Shown in pieces: positions 24,584 to 33,401 of a DNA stretch of 64,000 nt. Each line of letters starts with the position of its first letter. The stretch's first letter is position 1. The notes below the pieces were generated by a model. It was not told where the DNA came from and searched no databases. It saw only the letters and a list, made by a program, of their open reading frames with translations. The position numbers and the translations under genes are program-made. The DNA is from Ruminococcus sp. Lineage in GTDB: Bacteria; Bacillota; Clostridia; Oscillospirales; Acutalibacteraceae. The DNA is taken from positions 5,197 to 69,196 of the forward strand of contig JAFUKO010000117.1 in the NCBI GenBank assembly GCA_017473555.1, read 5' to 3'.

Positions 24584-26104
24584 ATGAAATTTAACGAATG
24601 TGTTGATAAGGTATCTACTTTTACTGATCTAAAACGTTTTGCTAATGAATATGTAATTGACTATAAAAGACTTTCTTTTGAAGAGTTGAAATCGGCGGTA
24701 GTTAAAACAGCACCTCAGTATTCAAATGAGGAAAACATTCGCTCTGTTGTTCGTAGTATTGAACTTAATATTGATAGAAATATCAGAGTTCTTTTCAACA
24801 TTTATATCAGAAACATACTGTTGAACTGCGATGATTTTACAGAAAGCGTGCGTGTTCTTGAAGATAAAATAATCGCTTATGAGCAAGATGTAGTTGATAC
24901 TGCTAATGAGTTTTCACTTAATGATGAAGTAGACAATATAGATTTTTATAAATATGTTGTTGAAGCAGCGTGGGAAGAAAATAACGATGTATCAGTCGAT
25001 GAACAAAACTTGATTAATAAGATTAAGGAAAAGTTAGGTATATCTGAAAAACATCATCAAATACTTGAAGCACAAATAGGTAAATTTCCAACAATAGGTA
25101 ACATGTTACATACAAAAGACGATATATCAGCTGTTAGAAGATATTTTCAAAATAGAGGCTTGATTATTTCGGTAAGAGATACGAACAACGTGGATTATGA
25201 TGTTATTCCTGAGGAAGTGGCATCGGTACTTAGACGAGTTTTTAATGTCGATATAAAAGAGTCTTCTTATTGGGCTTTATTAGAAAGCAAATATGTAAAG
25301 AGCAAAACTTACTTAATCGATATGTTGAGTAAAGCTAGAGTTGTTTTACCAAAGTATCCTAAATCATCTCAACTTAAAGAACTTGCAGTCAAAAATCTTA
25401 CGGCACATCAATTACTGGGTGGTTTTTCAGCTAATGATGGATTAGATAAAAAGACTCTTTCTGAATGGTGTAGTACTTTAGGTCTGGTGGCATATGGAGC
25501 TAAGCCAGAACTTATTAATAGAATTATTACATATTACGACAATATTAGACAGATACAATGTAATGAAGAGGATGACCGAGAGTTATTATTCCATTTTTAT
25601 GAGGAACTTGCAGGAAGAAAACTGGGAGATTTACGTCAGCAAGGAGTAATTAATAAAGATTTAGAATGTGAGCACAAGTTTGAAATAGCTACTAACTATA
25701 TATTTGAAAAAATATTTAAAATTAAGCCACTTATTATGAGTGGTACTGAACACCCTGATGGGATATTGTCATTTAACGACAAACTGATTATGTGGGATAA
25801 TAAGTCCAAAGAAACAGATGTATCATTAGTGGAACATATAAAACAATTTGACAGGTATATAAAGAGTTCATCAAAACCTGTAGCTGTGTTTATAGTAATA
25901 GGACCATCTTTTACAACAGATTCTCAAAAGGAATGTGCTAAATACGCTATGTCAAACGATACTATCATTTTGCTTATTACAGCATCGGAGCTAAAAGCTC
26001 TTGCTGAAAAATGGGCAAAAGCTCACGCTTCTGATTCTGAACCATTACCATTAGGTGTGTTTAAGCAAAATGGTAGATACAATCCAGAACTAGCTGTATT
26101 ATGA
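24584..26104 (+). CDS. Orphan SAP-domain protein with a C-terminal FokI-like PD-(D/E)xK nuclease domain
   Basis: SAP-like helix-extended-helix (LSEWCSTLGLVAYGAKPELINRIITYY). The C-terminal EHKFE ... HPDGILSFNDKLIMWDNKSK ... VAVFIVIGPSF ... TIILLITASELKAL parallels the FokI cleavage domain order (EMKVMEFF ... PDGAI ... VDTKAY ... FLFVSGHF ... AVLSVEELL). RBS GAGGAG. Spot counts show the gene is more AT-rich than its flanks. Confidence 0.55.
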   Translation: MKFNECVDKVSTFTDLKRFANEYVIDYKRLSFEELKSAVVKTAPQYSNEENIRSVVRSIELNIDRNIRVLFNIYIRNILLNCDDFTESVRVLEDKIIAYEQDVVDTANEFSLNDEVDNIDFYKYVVEAAWEENNDVSVDEQNLINKIKEKLGISEKHHQILEAQIGKFPTIGNMLHTKDDISAVRRYFQNRGLIISVRDTNNVDYDVIPEEVASVLRRVFNVDIKESSYWALLESKYVKSKTYLIDMLSKARVVLPKYPKSSQLKELAVKNLTAHQLLGGFSANDGLDKKTLSEWCSTLGLVAYGAKPELINRIITYYDNIRQIQCNEEDDRELLFHFYEELAGRKLGDLRQQGVINKDLECEHKFEIATNYIFEKIFKIKPLIMSGTEHPDGILSFNDKLIMWDNKSKETDVSLVEHIKQFDRYIKSSSKPVAVFIVIGPSFTTDSQKECAKYAMSNDTIILLITASELKALAEKWAKAHASDSEPLPLGVFKQNGRYNPELAVL

Positions 26105-26134
26105 ATTTAAACAGCAAAAAACAGGAGGCTTAAT

Positions 26135-26368
26135 ATGAAACCAAAAAAGTTTAACAATGCTCAAGATCAGAATATCAATGACGTTCTTTGTACCGTTTGG
26201 GATGCTCTGGAGTTTAAGGGCTATAACCCACGAAACCAAATCAGAGATTATCTGTACACTAACGACCCTTGCTACATCACAAATTATAACAATGCACGCA
26301 AGCTTTTAACCGAGCTTGACCGTGACGATATTATGGACCATTTAATGGATTATTACTTCAACGATTGA
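26135..26368 (+). CDS. ireB: IreB-family regulatory phosphoprotein (UPF0297/DUF965)
   Basis: NDVLCTVWDALEFKGYNPRNQIRDYLYTNDPCYITNYNNARKLL matches the family core seen in B. subtilis YrzL (V..[27 protein letters not shown]). Confidence 0.8.
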   Translation: MKPKKFNNAQDQNINDVLCTVWDALEFKGYNPRNQIRDYLYTNDPCYITNYNNARKLLTELDRDDIMDHLMDYYFND

Positions 26369-26392
26369 TTAATTAAAGTTTAACTGCACAAT

Positions 26393-26430
26393 AAAGCACC
26401 TCAAAATGAACTCACATTTGGGGTGCTTTT
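26393..26430 (+). terminator. Intrinsic terminator after ireB
   Basis: AAAGCACCTCAAA ... TTTGGGGTGCTTT stem followed by TTTT. Confidence 0.7.
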
Positions 26431-26492
26431 CACATTGTAAAAAAATGTCGATTCATATATAATTACTGTGAAATCATTTTCGAGGGGAAACT

Positions 26493-27752
26493 ATGGCAAA
26501 AGTTAAATGCGAATACTGCGGTAACTATATACTGAATACCGAGAGTACCTGTCCTAAGTGCGGTGCGGTAAATGAAAACCACCAGCGTATCGCTGATGGT
26601 ACACCGAAAACTATTACGCAACTTCAGGTCTGGTATAAAACCAGAGGTCTTCCACCGGAAGAAACAACCCGATTCTTTATCGGCAAGGACGTAAAAGAGC
26701 CTAGAGCTTTCGGTATTTATGAAGAAAACGGCACTTTCACTGTTTATAAAAACAAGTCTGACGGCTCCCGAGCTATCCGTTATAAGGGTACAGACGAAGC
26801 CTATGCCGTCAACGAGCTGTATTTAAGACTCAAAGAGGAGATTTTAAATCAGAAGAGCATAAATATCGCTAAAAGAGGAGTCGGCAACAGACCTGGCCCT
26901 AGTGTATACAACACATACAGCAAACCTAAACGCTCCGGAATATTCAGCAGGATATTTATAATTTTTATGCTGGTGGTTGTGTTCCTGCCAACAGTTGTTA
27001 CTTCTATACTTTCAATAGTTGGTTTAACAACCTATCTTGAAAGAGAGCACGGATACTACGTTACAAATACAAGCGACGTTTATTACTCAAGTGCTAAAGA
27101 GTATGACAATGGTTATGAGTGGTGGTTTTACGACCCGCAGGACGACATGTGGGAGCTTTATGCAACATTCGATAAAGCAAAGCATAGACCTGCTGCTCTT
27201 AGCGATGAAGAAAACTATGTTCTGTATACATCGTATTTAGACGTAAAAGAACATCTGAAACTCGAGTCAGATAAATTCCCGATTGAGGATACCAAAGAGT
27301 ACATAGATGCAGGTCATCACAGAAACCCTAGCACTTCGTATTACTACTATAACGATGATTTGTACTACTTCATTGATGATGAACACAGCTCATATGGTAG
27401 CAGTGACAACACAGGCTGGTATATCTACAACAAGAGCTTGAGCGATTGGGAATACTATTGCTCTGTCGATAATAAGGATGCACTTGGCGATGACTTGTGG
27501 TACAGCGATGGCGACTACTGGGCAGGAAGTGCCATTGATGATATCTACGGAGCAGATGAGTATCTTACAAACTGGACACCGTCAGGTTTTGAAGATACTT
27601 CGTGGTATCGCTCTTATGAGTCAAACGAATCTGCATATCAACAGCATCTTGAGGAAGAAAACAACAACAGGTACGATTCAGACTCAGACTACGATTGGGA
27701 TTCAGGCGACAGCTGGGATAGTGGCGGTACCGACTGGGACTCTGACTGGTAA
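26493..27752 (+). CDS. Zinc-ribbon, single-pass membrane protein with a Tyr/Trp/Asp-rich C-terminal region
   Basis: CEYCGN...CPKCG zinc ribbon at the N-terminus, a TM segment (IFIIFMLVVVFLPTVVTSILSIVGL), and an acidic DSDSDYDWDSGDSWDSGGTDWDSDW tail. Confidence 0.6.
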   Translation: MAKVKCEYCGNYILNTESTCPKCGAVNENHQRIADGTPKTITQLQVWYKTRGLPPEETTRFFIGKDVKEPRAFGIYEENGTFTVYKNKSDGSRAIRYKGTDEAYAVNELYLRLKEEILNQKSINIAKRGVGNRPGPSVYNTYSKPKRSGIFSRIFIIFMLVVVFLPTVVTSILSIVGLTTYLEREHGYYVTNTSDVYYSSAKEYDNGYEWWFYDPQDDMWELYATFDKAKHRPAALSDEENYVLYTSYLDVKEHLKLESDKFPIEDTKEYIDAGHHRNPSTSYYYYNDDLYYFIDDEHSSYGSSDNTGWYIYNKSLSDWEYYCSVDNKDALGDDLWYSDGDYWAGSAIDDIYGADEYLTNWTPSGFEDTSWYRSYESNESAYQQHLEEENNNRYDSDSDYDWDSGDSWDSGGTDWDSDW

Positions 27753-27774
27753 TTTTAAGTAAACTAAATTATTC

Positions 27775-27803
27775 TTGACACACAAATTATTTATCTGTAT
27801 AAT
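27775..27803 (+). promoter_or_regulatory. Sigma-A promoter of the T-box leader
   Basis: TTGACA (27775-27780), a 17-nt spacer, TATAAT (27798-27803). Confidence 0.65.
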
Positions 27804-27809
27804 ATGTCA

Positions 27810-28100
27810 CATAGATTTTAAACCGTTGACGCGGAGATAAAGACAGCAAATGCCTTTACAGAGAGCCCGTGGTGCTGAAAGTCGGGTAAGAAACAGGTTG
27901 TCAAATGGACCGCTGAGGGTGCAGTCAAATGCGAGGTCTAAGCTTCGCAAAGTATTCTGCAACGTAGGGCATACGTCAGTTGCCTCGGATATGTCAGTAT
28001 TCGGTAAAGTGCACGATTATCGTGAATCAAGGTGGCACCGCGGATAATAAAGTTATTCGTCCTTGACAGTTCTAAAACTGTTAGGGACGTTTTTGTTTTT
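27810..28100 (+). promoter_or_regulatory. T-box riboswitch leader, tryptophan specifier (UGG)
   Basis: Stem I elements AGAGAG and GGTGCTGAAAG. Specifier-loop AAATGGA with UGG at 27906-27908 followed by a purine. Conserved T-box AATCAAGGTGGCACCGCG at 28025-28042. Terminator CGTCCTTGACAGTT/AACTGTTAGGGACG plus a T-run (28058-28100). Confidence 0.85.
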
Positions 28101-28240
28101 CAAAGGTGATTTTATGATGCTTTTAACCAAACGATGGCGTAACGCCTGATTTATATCACAGCTTTTATGAAAATATAATTGTGGAGGCGAGCATTGCTCG
28201 TCCGAAAATACGACGTTAACACATATTTTGGAGGTACATT

Positions 28241-29461
28241 ATGGTATTTAGTAATATTGATTTCGACACATATTTTAGAAACTACCCTGACAAAGAGGGT
28301 TACTTTGGCAAATACGGCGGTGTTTATATCGACGATAAATTAAAGGCTGCTATGGCTGAGATTACTCAGGCTTACTTTACTATTTGTCAGTCACGCAAAT
28401 TTATCGCAGAACTCAGAAGAATCAGAAAAGAGTTCCAGGGCAGACCGACTCCAGTATCCCACCTTGAGCGTCTTTCAGATGCTATGGGCGGACGTGTCCA
28501 GCTTTACGCTAAGCGTGAGGACTTGAACCACTCCGGTGCTCACAAGCTCAATCACTGTATGGGCGAGGCTCTGCTTGCTAAATATATGGGCAAGAAAAAG
28601 GTTATCGCTGAGACAGGTGCAGGTCAGCACGGTGTTGCTCTTGCTACTGCGGCTGCTTATTTCGGTCTTGAGTGCGACATTTATATGGGTGCTGTTGATA
28701 TTAAGAAACAGGCTCCTAACGTTGCAAGAATGAAGATTCTGGGTGCAAACGTTGTTGAGGTTACTCACGGCTTGCAGACTTTAAAAGAAGCTGTTGATGC
28801 GGCTTTTGATGCATACAGTAAGGAATATGAAGACGCAATCTACTGCATCGGCTCAGTTTTAGGTCCTCATCCTTTCCCAATGATGGTCAGAGATTTCCAG
28901 AGCGTTATTGGTATCGAAGCAAGAGAGCAGTTCATTGATATGACAGGTCATCTTCCGGATGCTGTTGTTGCTTGTGTTGGTGGCGGTTCAAATGCTATGG
29001 GTCTTTTCTCCGGATTCTTAAATGACCCTGTTGACATTTATGGTATTGAGCCTCTCGGTAGAGGTGAAAAGCTCGGTGACCACGCGGCATCACTTAAATA
29101 TGGTTCAGAGGGCGTTATGCACGGCTTTAACTCAATTATGCTCAAAGACGAAAACGGCGAACCTGCTCCTGTATATTCTGTTGCAAGTGGTCTTGACTAT
29201 CCGTCAAGTGGCCCTGAGCACGCATTCTTACAGGAAATCGGCAGAGTTAAGTACGATGTAATCGATGACGAGGAAACAATCGATGCTTTCTATAAGCTCT
29301 CTCGTTTAGAGGGTATCATCCCTGCTATTGAAAGCTCACACGCTATTGCTTATGGTATGAAGCTTGCTCAGCGTATGGATCATGGCTCAGTGCTTATCAA
29401 CCTTTCAGGTCGTGGCGACAAGGATATGGACTACATCATTGAAAAATATGGTATCAGATAA
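28241..29461 (+). CDS. trpB: Tryptophan synthase beta chain (stand-alone; no trpA in the window)
   Basis: [19 protein letters not shown] (PLP lysine), [19 protein letters not shown] and GLDYPS motifs in canonical order. Confidence 0.85.
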   Translation: MVFSNIDFDTYFRNYPDKEGYFGKYGGVYIDDKLKAAMAEITQAYFTICQSRKFIAELRRIRKEFQGRPTPVSHLERLSDAMGGRVQLYAKREDLNHSGAHKLNHCMGEALLAKYMGKKKVIAETGAGQHGVALATAAAYFGLECDIYMGAVDIKKQAPNVARMKILGANVVEVTHGLQTLKEAVDAAFDAYSKEYEDAIYCIGSVLGPHPFPMMVRDFQSVIGIEAREQFIDMTGHLPDAVVACVGGGSNAMGLFSGFLNDPVDIYGIEPLGRGEKLGDHAASLKYGSEGVMHGFNSIMLKDENGEPAPVYSVASGLDYPSSGPEHAFLQEIGRVKYDVIDDEETIDAFYKLSRLEGIIPAIESSHAIAYGMKLAQRMDHGSVLINLSGRGDKDMDYIIEKYGIR

Positions 29462-29494
29462 GAATTTGAGTGATTAACGATTAAACATTCTATA

Positions 29495-29529
29495 AAAAAG
29501 CTCCCATCAATTCTGATGGGAGCTTTTTG
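29495..29529. terminator. Bidirectional terminator between trpB and the NUDIX gene
   Basis: AGCTCCCATCA-ATTC-TGATGGGAGCT stem flanked by AAAAA and TTTTT. Confidence 0.8.
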
Positions 29530-29544
29530 TGTAAAATTAGTTTA

Positions 29545-29976
29545 TTATATTACTTTGCGTCTTTGAAGTTCTTCTATAAGCAGTGGTTGAATCAACGGAT
29601 AAGTCCATCTGTCAGGGAAAGTTTTAAACAATTCAATCTTTTCTATTTCACTGTGTAGCTCGTTTTCAAAGCTTTTTATCTCAGCAAAGTACAGCATACC
29701 GAAAGTTTCGGTTTCTTTGGTGTCATCCAAAACAGTAACCGAGTAAACGCAAATCGGTTTGATTGTATAGTCAATCGCTCCTGTTTCCTCATATAGCTCA
29801 CGCTTTGCGGTGTCGTCGATATTTTCTCCGACTTCTCTGTGACCACCCGGACATTCGTAGGTATCGCGCTCTTTGTGCTTACAAAAAACCCATTTGCCGT
29901 CGGCCTTTGACGCGATGACTGCGAATTTCAGCAAATCGTCGTTTACTGTATCGTAAAATTTAACTATAATACCCAT
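29545..29976 (-). CDS. NUDIX hydrolase
   Basis: Nudix box GGHREVGENIDDTAKRELYEETG. Confidence 0.85.
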   Translation of the reverse strand: MGIIVKFYDTVNDDLLKFAVIASKADGKWVFCKHKERDTYECPGGHREVGENIDDTAKRELYEETGAIDYTIKPICVYSVTVLDDTKETETFGMLYFAEIKSFENELHSEIEKIELFKTFPDRWTYPLIQPLLIEELQRRKVI

Positions 29977-29991
29977 AGGTCTCCTGAAAAA

Positions 29992-30600
29992 TTACTCAAA
30001 ATTTCTGATAAGTGTTACGACCTTACCGAGTAACACTGCTTTGTCAACGATAATCGGCTCGTAGTTATCATTTTCAGGCTGGAGTCTGATGTGACCCTTT
30101 TCTTTGTAAAAACGTTTAACGGTAGCTGATGCTTCGCCTGAACACTCGTCCTCAACCATAGCGACAACGATGTCACCGTTCAAAGCGGTTGGTGTGCGGT
30201 GCACAACAATAATATCGCCGTCCAAAATGCCGGCGTTAATCATACTGTCGCCCACAACAGTGAGGGCGAACATCTCTCTGCCTCTTGTGATAGATTGGGC
30301 AACAGGGATGTAGCTTTCGATTTCTTCAACCGCAAGGATAGGCACACCTGCGGTAACTCTACCAAGCAGAGGAACTTTAGAGGTTGGCTCGTCGTTTTTG
30401 ATGCGGATGCATCGGTTGAGACCGCTTTCACGCTCAATCAGACCTCGGTCCTCAAGGGTTTTCAGATGCAGATGCACAGTGGAAGTAGATTTAAAGCCTG
30501 TAGCCTCACATAGCTCTCGCACCGATGGGATGCGTCCCTCTTCGCTACAGGATAGTATATAATCATAAACCTTTTGCTGGCTTTTGCTTAGTGGTTTCAT
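29992..30600 (-). CDS. lexA: LexA repressor
   Basis: Winged-helix N-terminus (SVRELCEATGFKSTSTVHLHLKTLEDRGLI), an Ala-Gly-type cleavage region (VTAGVP), and GDSM ... K catalytic motifs. Start set to the ATG at 30600 behind GAGGTGA. The track start at 30708 would read through the SOS boxes. Confidence 0.9.
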   Translation of the reverse strand: MKPLSKSQQKVYDYILSCSEEGRIPSVRELCEATGFKSTSTVHLHLKTLEDRGLIERESGLNRCIRIKNDEPTSKVPLLGRVTAGVPILAVEEIESYIPVAQSITRGREMFALTVVGDSMINAGILDGDIIVVHRTPTALNGDIVVAMVEDECSGEASATVKRFYKEKGHIRLQPENDNYEPIIVDKAVLLGKVVTLIRNFE

Positions 30601-30645
30601 AATATCACCTCTGTGACAAAGTATAACATACTTCGACATAAAAAG

Positions 30646-30672
30646 CAAACATTTGTTTGAAAAATATGTTCG
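30646..30672 (-). promoter_or_regulatory. Two adjacent SOS (Cheo-type) boxes overlapping the lexA promoter
   Basis: On the minus strand, CGAACATATTTTTC (30659-30672) and the palindrome CAAACAAATGTTTG (30646-30659), compared with the Gram-positive consensus CGAAC-N4-GTTCG. The promoter TTGCTT-17-TATACT lies at 30620-30648. Confidence 0.6.
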
Positions 30673-30689
30673 AATTTTATATTTATGTG

Positions 30690-30728
30690 AAAAAAAGAAC
30701 TGCTTCACCGTGTTGAGTGAAACAGTTA
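30690..30728 (-). terminator. Intrinsic terminator after the MutS-family gene
   Basis: GAACTGCTTCAC / GTGAAACAGTTAC stem (one mismatch). On the minus strand it is followed by CTTTTTTT. Confidence 0.6.
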
Positions 30729-30733
30729 CATTT

Positions 30734-32446
30734 TTATTCCCTGGAATCTATACTTTTTTTGATGCTATCAAAAGTTACGCCGTATTTTATCGCGATATCT
30801 TTAGCGTAGCTTACGCCCTGTGGCGGTGCTATAAAAATCTTGAAAGAACGCTGGCCGTTTTCAACACCAGTTACCATACTTTCGACAACGCTGTCACCTG
30901 TAACACTGCTGTTGATTTCATCTATGCTTCGTGCAAGCTCGTGCATATGAGTGTTGAAAATCGAACGCACACCTAAGTATCTCATAGATTTTACTACATC
31001 TTTAGCGATGTATAATCCCTCAGCAACGTTTGTGGTAGCAAGGCTTTCGTTTAAAAGTATCATACTGCGTTTTGTAGCACAGCAAAAGATTTCCGATAAA
31101 CGCTTACTCTCTTCTCCCAGTCTGCCTAAATCAACTGTATCATTTTCATCAGCAGGGAAGTGGGTGAAAATATTGTCGCACGGACTTAGCTCCATACTAC
31201 TGCATGGTACATATATTCCATGTTGAGCGAGTAAAAACGCAAGTCCGACTGCCTGAGTAATGGTAGTTTTACCACCACGGTTAGGACCTGTGAGAATATA
31301 GATGCGTTTAGAATCATCAAAATCAAAGTCATTTGTGACAATATCAATGTCCTCGCCATTTGTGGCTTTTATGCCGAGCTTGATGTTGTAAATGTCTTTG
31401 ATATTGCAGGTGCGGTTGTCAGTAGGAGTGATAGTTGCTTTGCACAGCGGGAGTCCTTTTTCTTTGATTTTGTCACAAAGCTGTGCAAAACGGATGTAAA
31501 AAATAATCTCAGGCATCAGCTCTGTGAACGAGTAACCGCTGATGTTAGTGTATTTGTTAAGCATTGATTTTATGTTGTTTACCGTACGTTTTAAAATATC
31601 TGTTACAACACGTTTTAAAGCATCGGACATCGGGTCGGCACCTGTCAGTCCCGAGTTTTCTATCTGGTTGACATCGTTTTGTGCTCCTGTCACGACCTTA
31701 CCGAATCCAAGACTTCCCGTCAGTGGGTTAGCTGTGTGGAAAGAAGTAAAACCTGAAACATTTGTGCCGTGGTGTAGCTCGTCCTTTTTGTCTACGAAAT
31801 TCATAAAACGCTTTAATAGTCCGCTGTCGGTGAAATGCTTGTCATTCAATGAGATAACACCCACAGCCTGGGGTTTGAGCATATTATCGAGGTTTACACC
31901 GAGAGTAATACTTTTAAGAGTGCGGGCTTTTTCGAGAGTTTCGTTTATGTCTTCTTTCAAAACAGGGAAACCGCTGTCTGCGTAAATTGCCTGTACATTT
32001 GAACGTAGCATTTTGAGCCCTTCTGAATTTATCGGCAGAGCTTCTAAAGTATCTTTTATCTGTGTTATGCAGTCAACGTAGCCGTCGAGTTCACGCAGAC
32101 GATTTACAAGTTGCCAGATTGATGAGGATTCTGTGTCCTTTTGAAAACGTTCAATCTCTCTGAGGTCTTTGAGTTTTAGTAACAGAGCAGTGAGGTCATC
32201 TCTGAGCCTTGGAAAGTTTAAAAAATCTTCAAATACATCACAGCGATATCTGATTACGTCCTCGTTATCAGTGACTTTGATAAGCAGTTGTTTGATGCTG
32301 TTGAATTCATATGCATCAGTAGTGACTGCTTCGCACAGATAGTCTATGGATAAATCGTTTATAGCTTCCTTATTGAGGGTTGAGTATTTAGCATTACAAT
32401 CGTGCGGATGTAATAAGCTGAAATTTTGCAGGTTCATGTTTGTCAC
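30734..32446 (-). CDS. MutS-family ATPase lacking the mismatch-recognition and Smr domains
   Basis: MutS domain V Walker A LTGPNRGGKTTITQAVGL, LLNESLATTN (Walker B-like), and FNTHMHEL. The N-terminus has no MutS-I motifs. Confidence 0.8.
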   Translation of the reverse strand: MTNMNLQNFSLLHPHDCNAKYSTLNKEAINDLSIDYLCEAVTTDAYEFNSIKQLLIKVTDNEDVIRYRCDVFEDFLNFPRLRDDLTALLLKLKDLREIERFQKDTESSSIWQLVNRLRELDGYVDCITQIKDTLEALPINSEGLKMLRSNVQAIYADSGFPVLKEDINETLEKARTLKSITLGVNLDNMLKPQAVGVISLNDKHFTDSGLLKRFMNFVDKKDELHHGTNVSGFTSFHTANPLTGSLGFGKVVTGAQNDVNQIENSGLTGADPMSDALKRVVTDILKRTVNNIKSMLNKYTNISGYSFTELMPEIIFYIRFAQLCDKIKEKGLPLCKATITPTDNRTCNIKDIYNIKLGIKATNGEDIDIVTNDFDFDDSKRIYILTGPNRGGKTTITQAVGLAFLLAQHGIYVPCSSMELSPCDNIFTHFPADENDTVDLGRLGEESKRLSEIFCCATKRSMILLNESLATTNVAEGLYIAKDVVKSMRYLGVRSIFNTHMHELARSIDEINSSVTGDSVVESMVTGVENGQRSFKIFIAPPQGVSYAKDIAIKYGVTFDSIKKSIDSRE

Positions 32447-32632
32447 GCTTCCTTTTAAGTTACTACAATGATAACATACCGAAACAAGTTATTCAATAAA
32501 TTCGATGTTTACAGATGAAGTGAAAATAAACTCGGAGTTTATACAGGTGAAAAAATGCAACTGTTGACTATGGTGAACCGCATATGTTAAAATCGTATTT
32601 GTTAGAGTTTTGTGTAAAGGAGTGGTGTAAGT

Positions 32633-33103
32633 ATGGATAAAAAACAGGATAACACGATGCTTGTGGCTTTACCAAAAGAAAAACTTGTGCCACTTGTCAG
32701 GGAAACTCTCGATAGCGGGTCTTCTTTTATTCTGGATGTAACAGGCTACAGTATGCGACCTACCCTTAATACTAAGGGAGATCGGGTTGAGCTGGTTAAT
32801 GTGTTTATGCGACCTGTTAGAAAGGGCGAAATTATCTTTTTTGAACGCGATACGGGTGATTGCCTTTTGCACCGTGTTATAAGGTTGAACAAGGATAATA
32901 CTTTTACCGTTAACGGTGATGCGCAGGCGTGGATGGAAATAGTAGAAACCTCACAAGTTATCGGTGTTGTAAATAGTTTCAACAGAAATGGTAAGTGGAT
33001 AAGTTGCGATTCGTTTTTTTATCGCATTTATAGCAGTATTTGGATGCTGTTTAAGCCTGTTCGCAGGGTGATTATAAAAATCAAGACGATTGTTTCAAAA
33101 TAA
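32633..33103 (+). CDS. S24/S26-family serine peptidase (signal-peptidase-like)
   Basis: GYSMRPTL catalytic Ser motif and LHRVI (Lys/His region). It is small (156 aa) with a C-terminal hydrophobic segment. Confidence 0.65.
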   Translation: MDKKQDNTMLVALPKEKLVPLVRETLDSGSSFILDVTGYSMRPTLNTKGDRVELVNVFMRPVRKGEIIFFERDTGDCLLHRVIRLNKDNTFTVNGDAQAWMEIVETSQVIGVVNSFNRNGKWISCDSFFYRIYSSIWMLFKPVRRVIIKIKTIVSK

Positions 33104-33182
33104 TAGAACTCCTGTGTAAAGAGAAAACAGATGTATAGATATAAATTTATATACTGTGTTTGAGTATATTGAGGAAAAATTC

Positions 33183-33218
33183 CCCCAAGGATGACTTTTG
33201 TTCACCTTGGGGTTTTTA
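33183..33218 (+). terminator. Intrinsic terminator
   Basis: CCCCAAGG ... CCTTGGGG stem followed by TTTTT. Confidence 0.75.
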
Positions 33219-33401
33219 TTTGTAAACAAAGTATAAACACTGATTTTAATTGCATAAATCTATGCAATTTTTTCCGTTTTTTCAGGTTGAGCGAAGGAGG
33301 TTTTTATTATTATTACAATCAAATCAAACAAGATTGACGTTCCTTTAAGCGATTTTTATATCGGCTGTGCCGGTGATAATCTTCGATTAACAAGACAGTT
33401 C

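Noticed and set aside
27850-28047. A 65-aa ORF (MPLQRARGAESRV...) upstream of trpB.
   Set aside because: It lies entirely inside the T-box leader. The Arg-rich translation and the lack of an RBS indicate a non-coding structured RNA.
30601-30708. A long N-terminal extension of lexA (MKQFFFSHKYKIRTYF...).
   Set aside because: It would translate through the SOS boxes and promoter. The LexA wing-helix begins at the Met at 30600, which has a GAGGTGA RBS.
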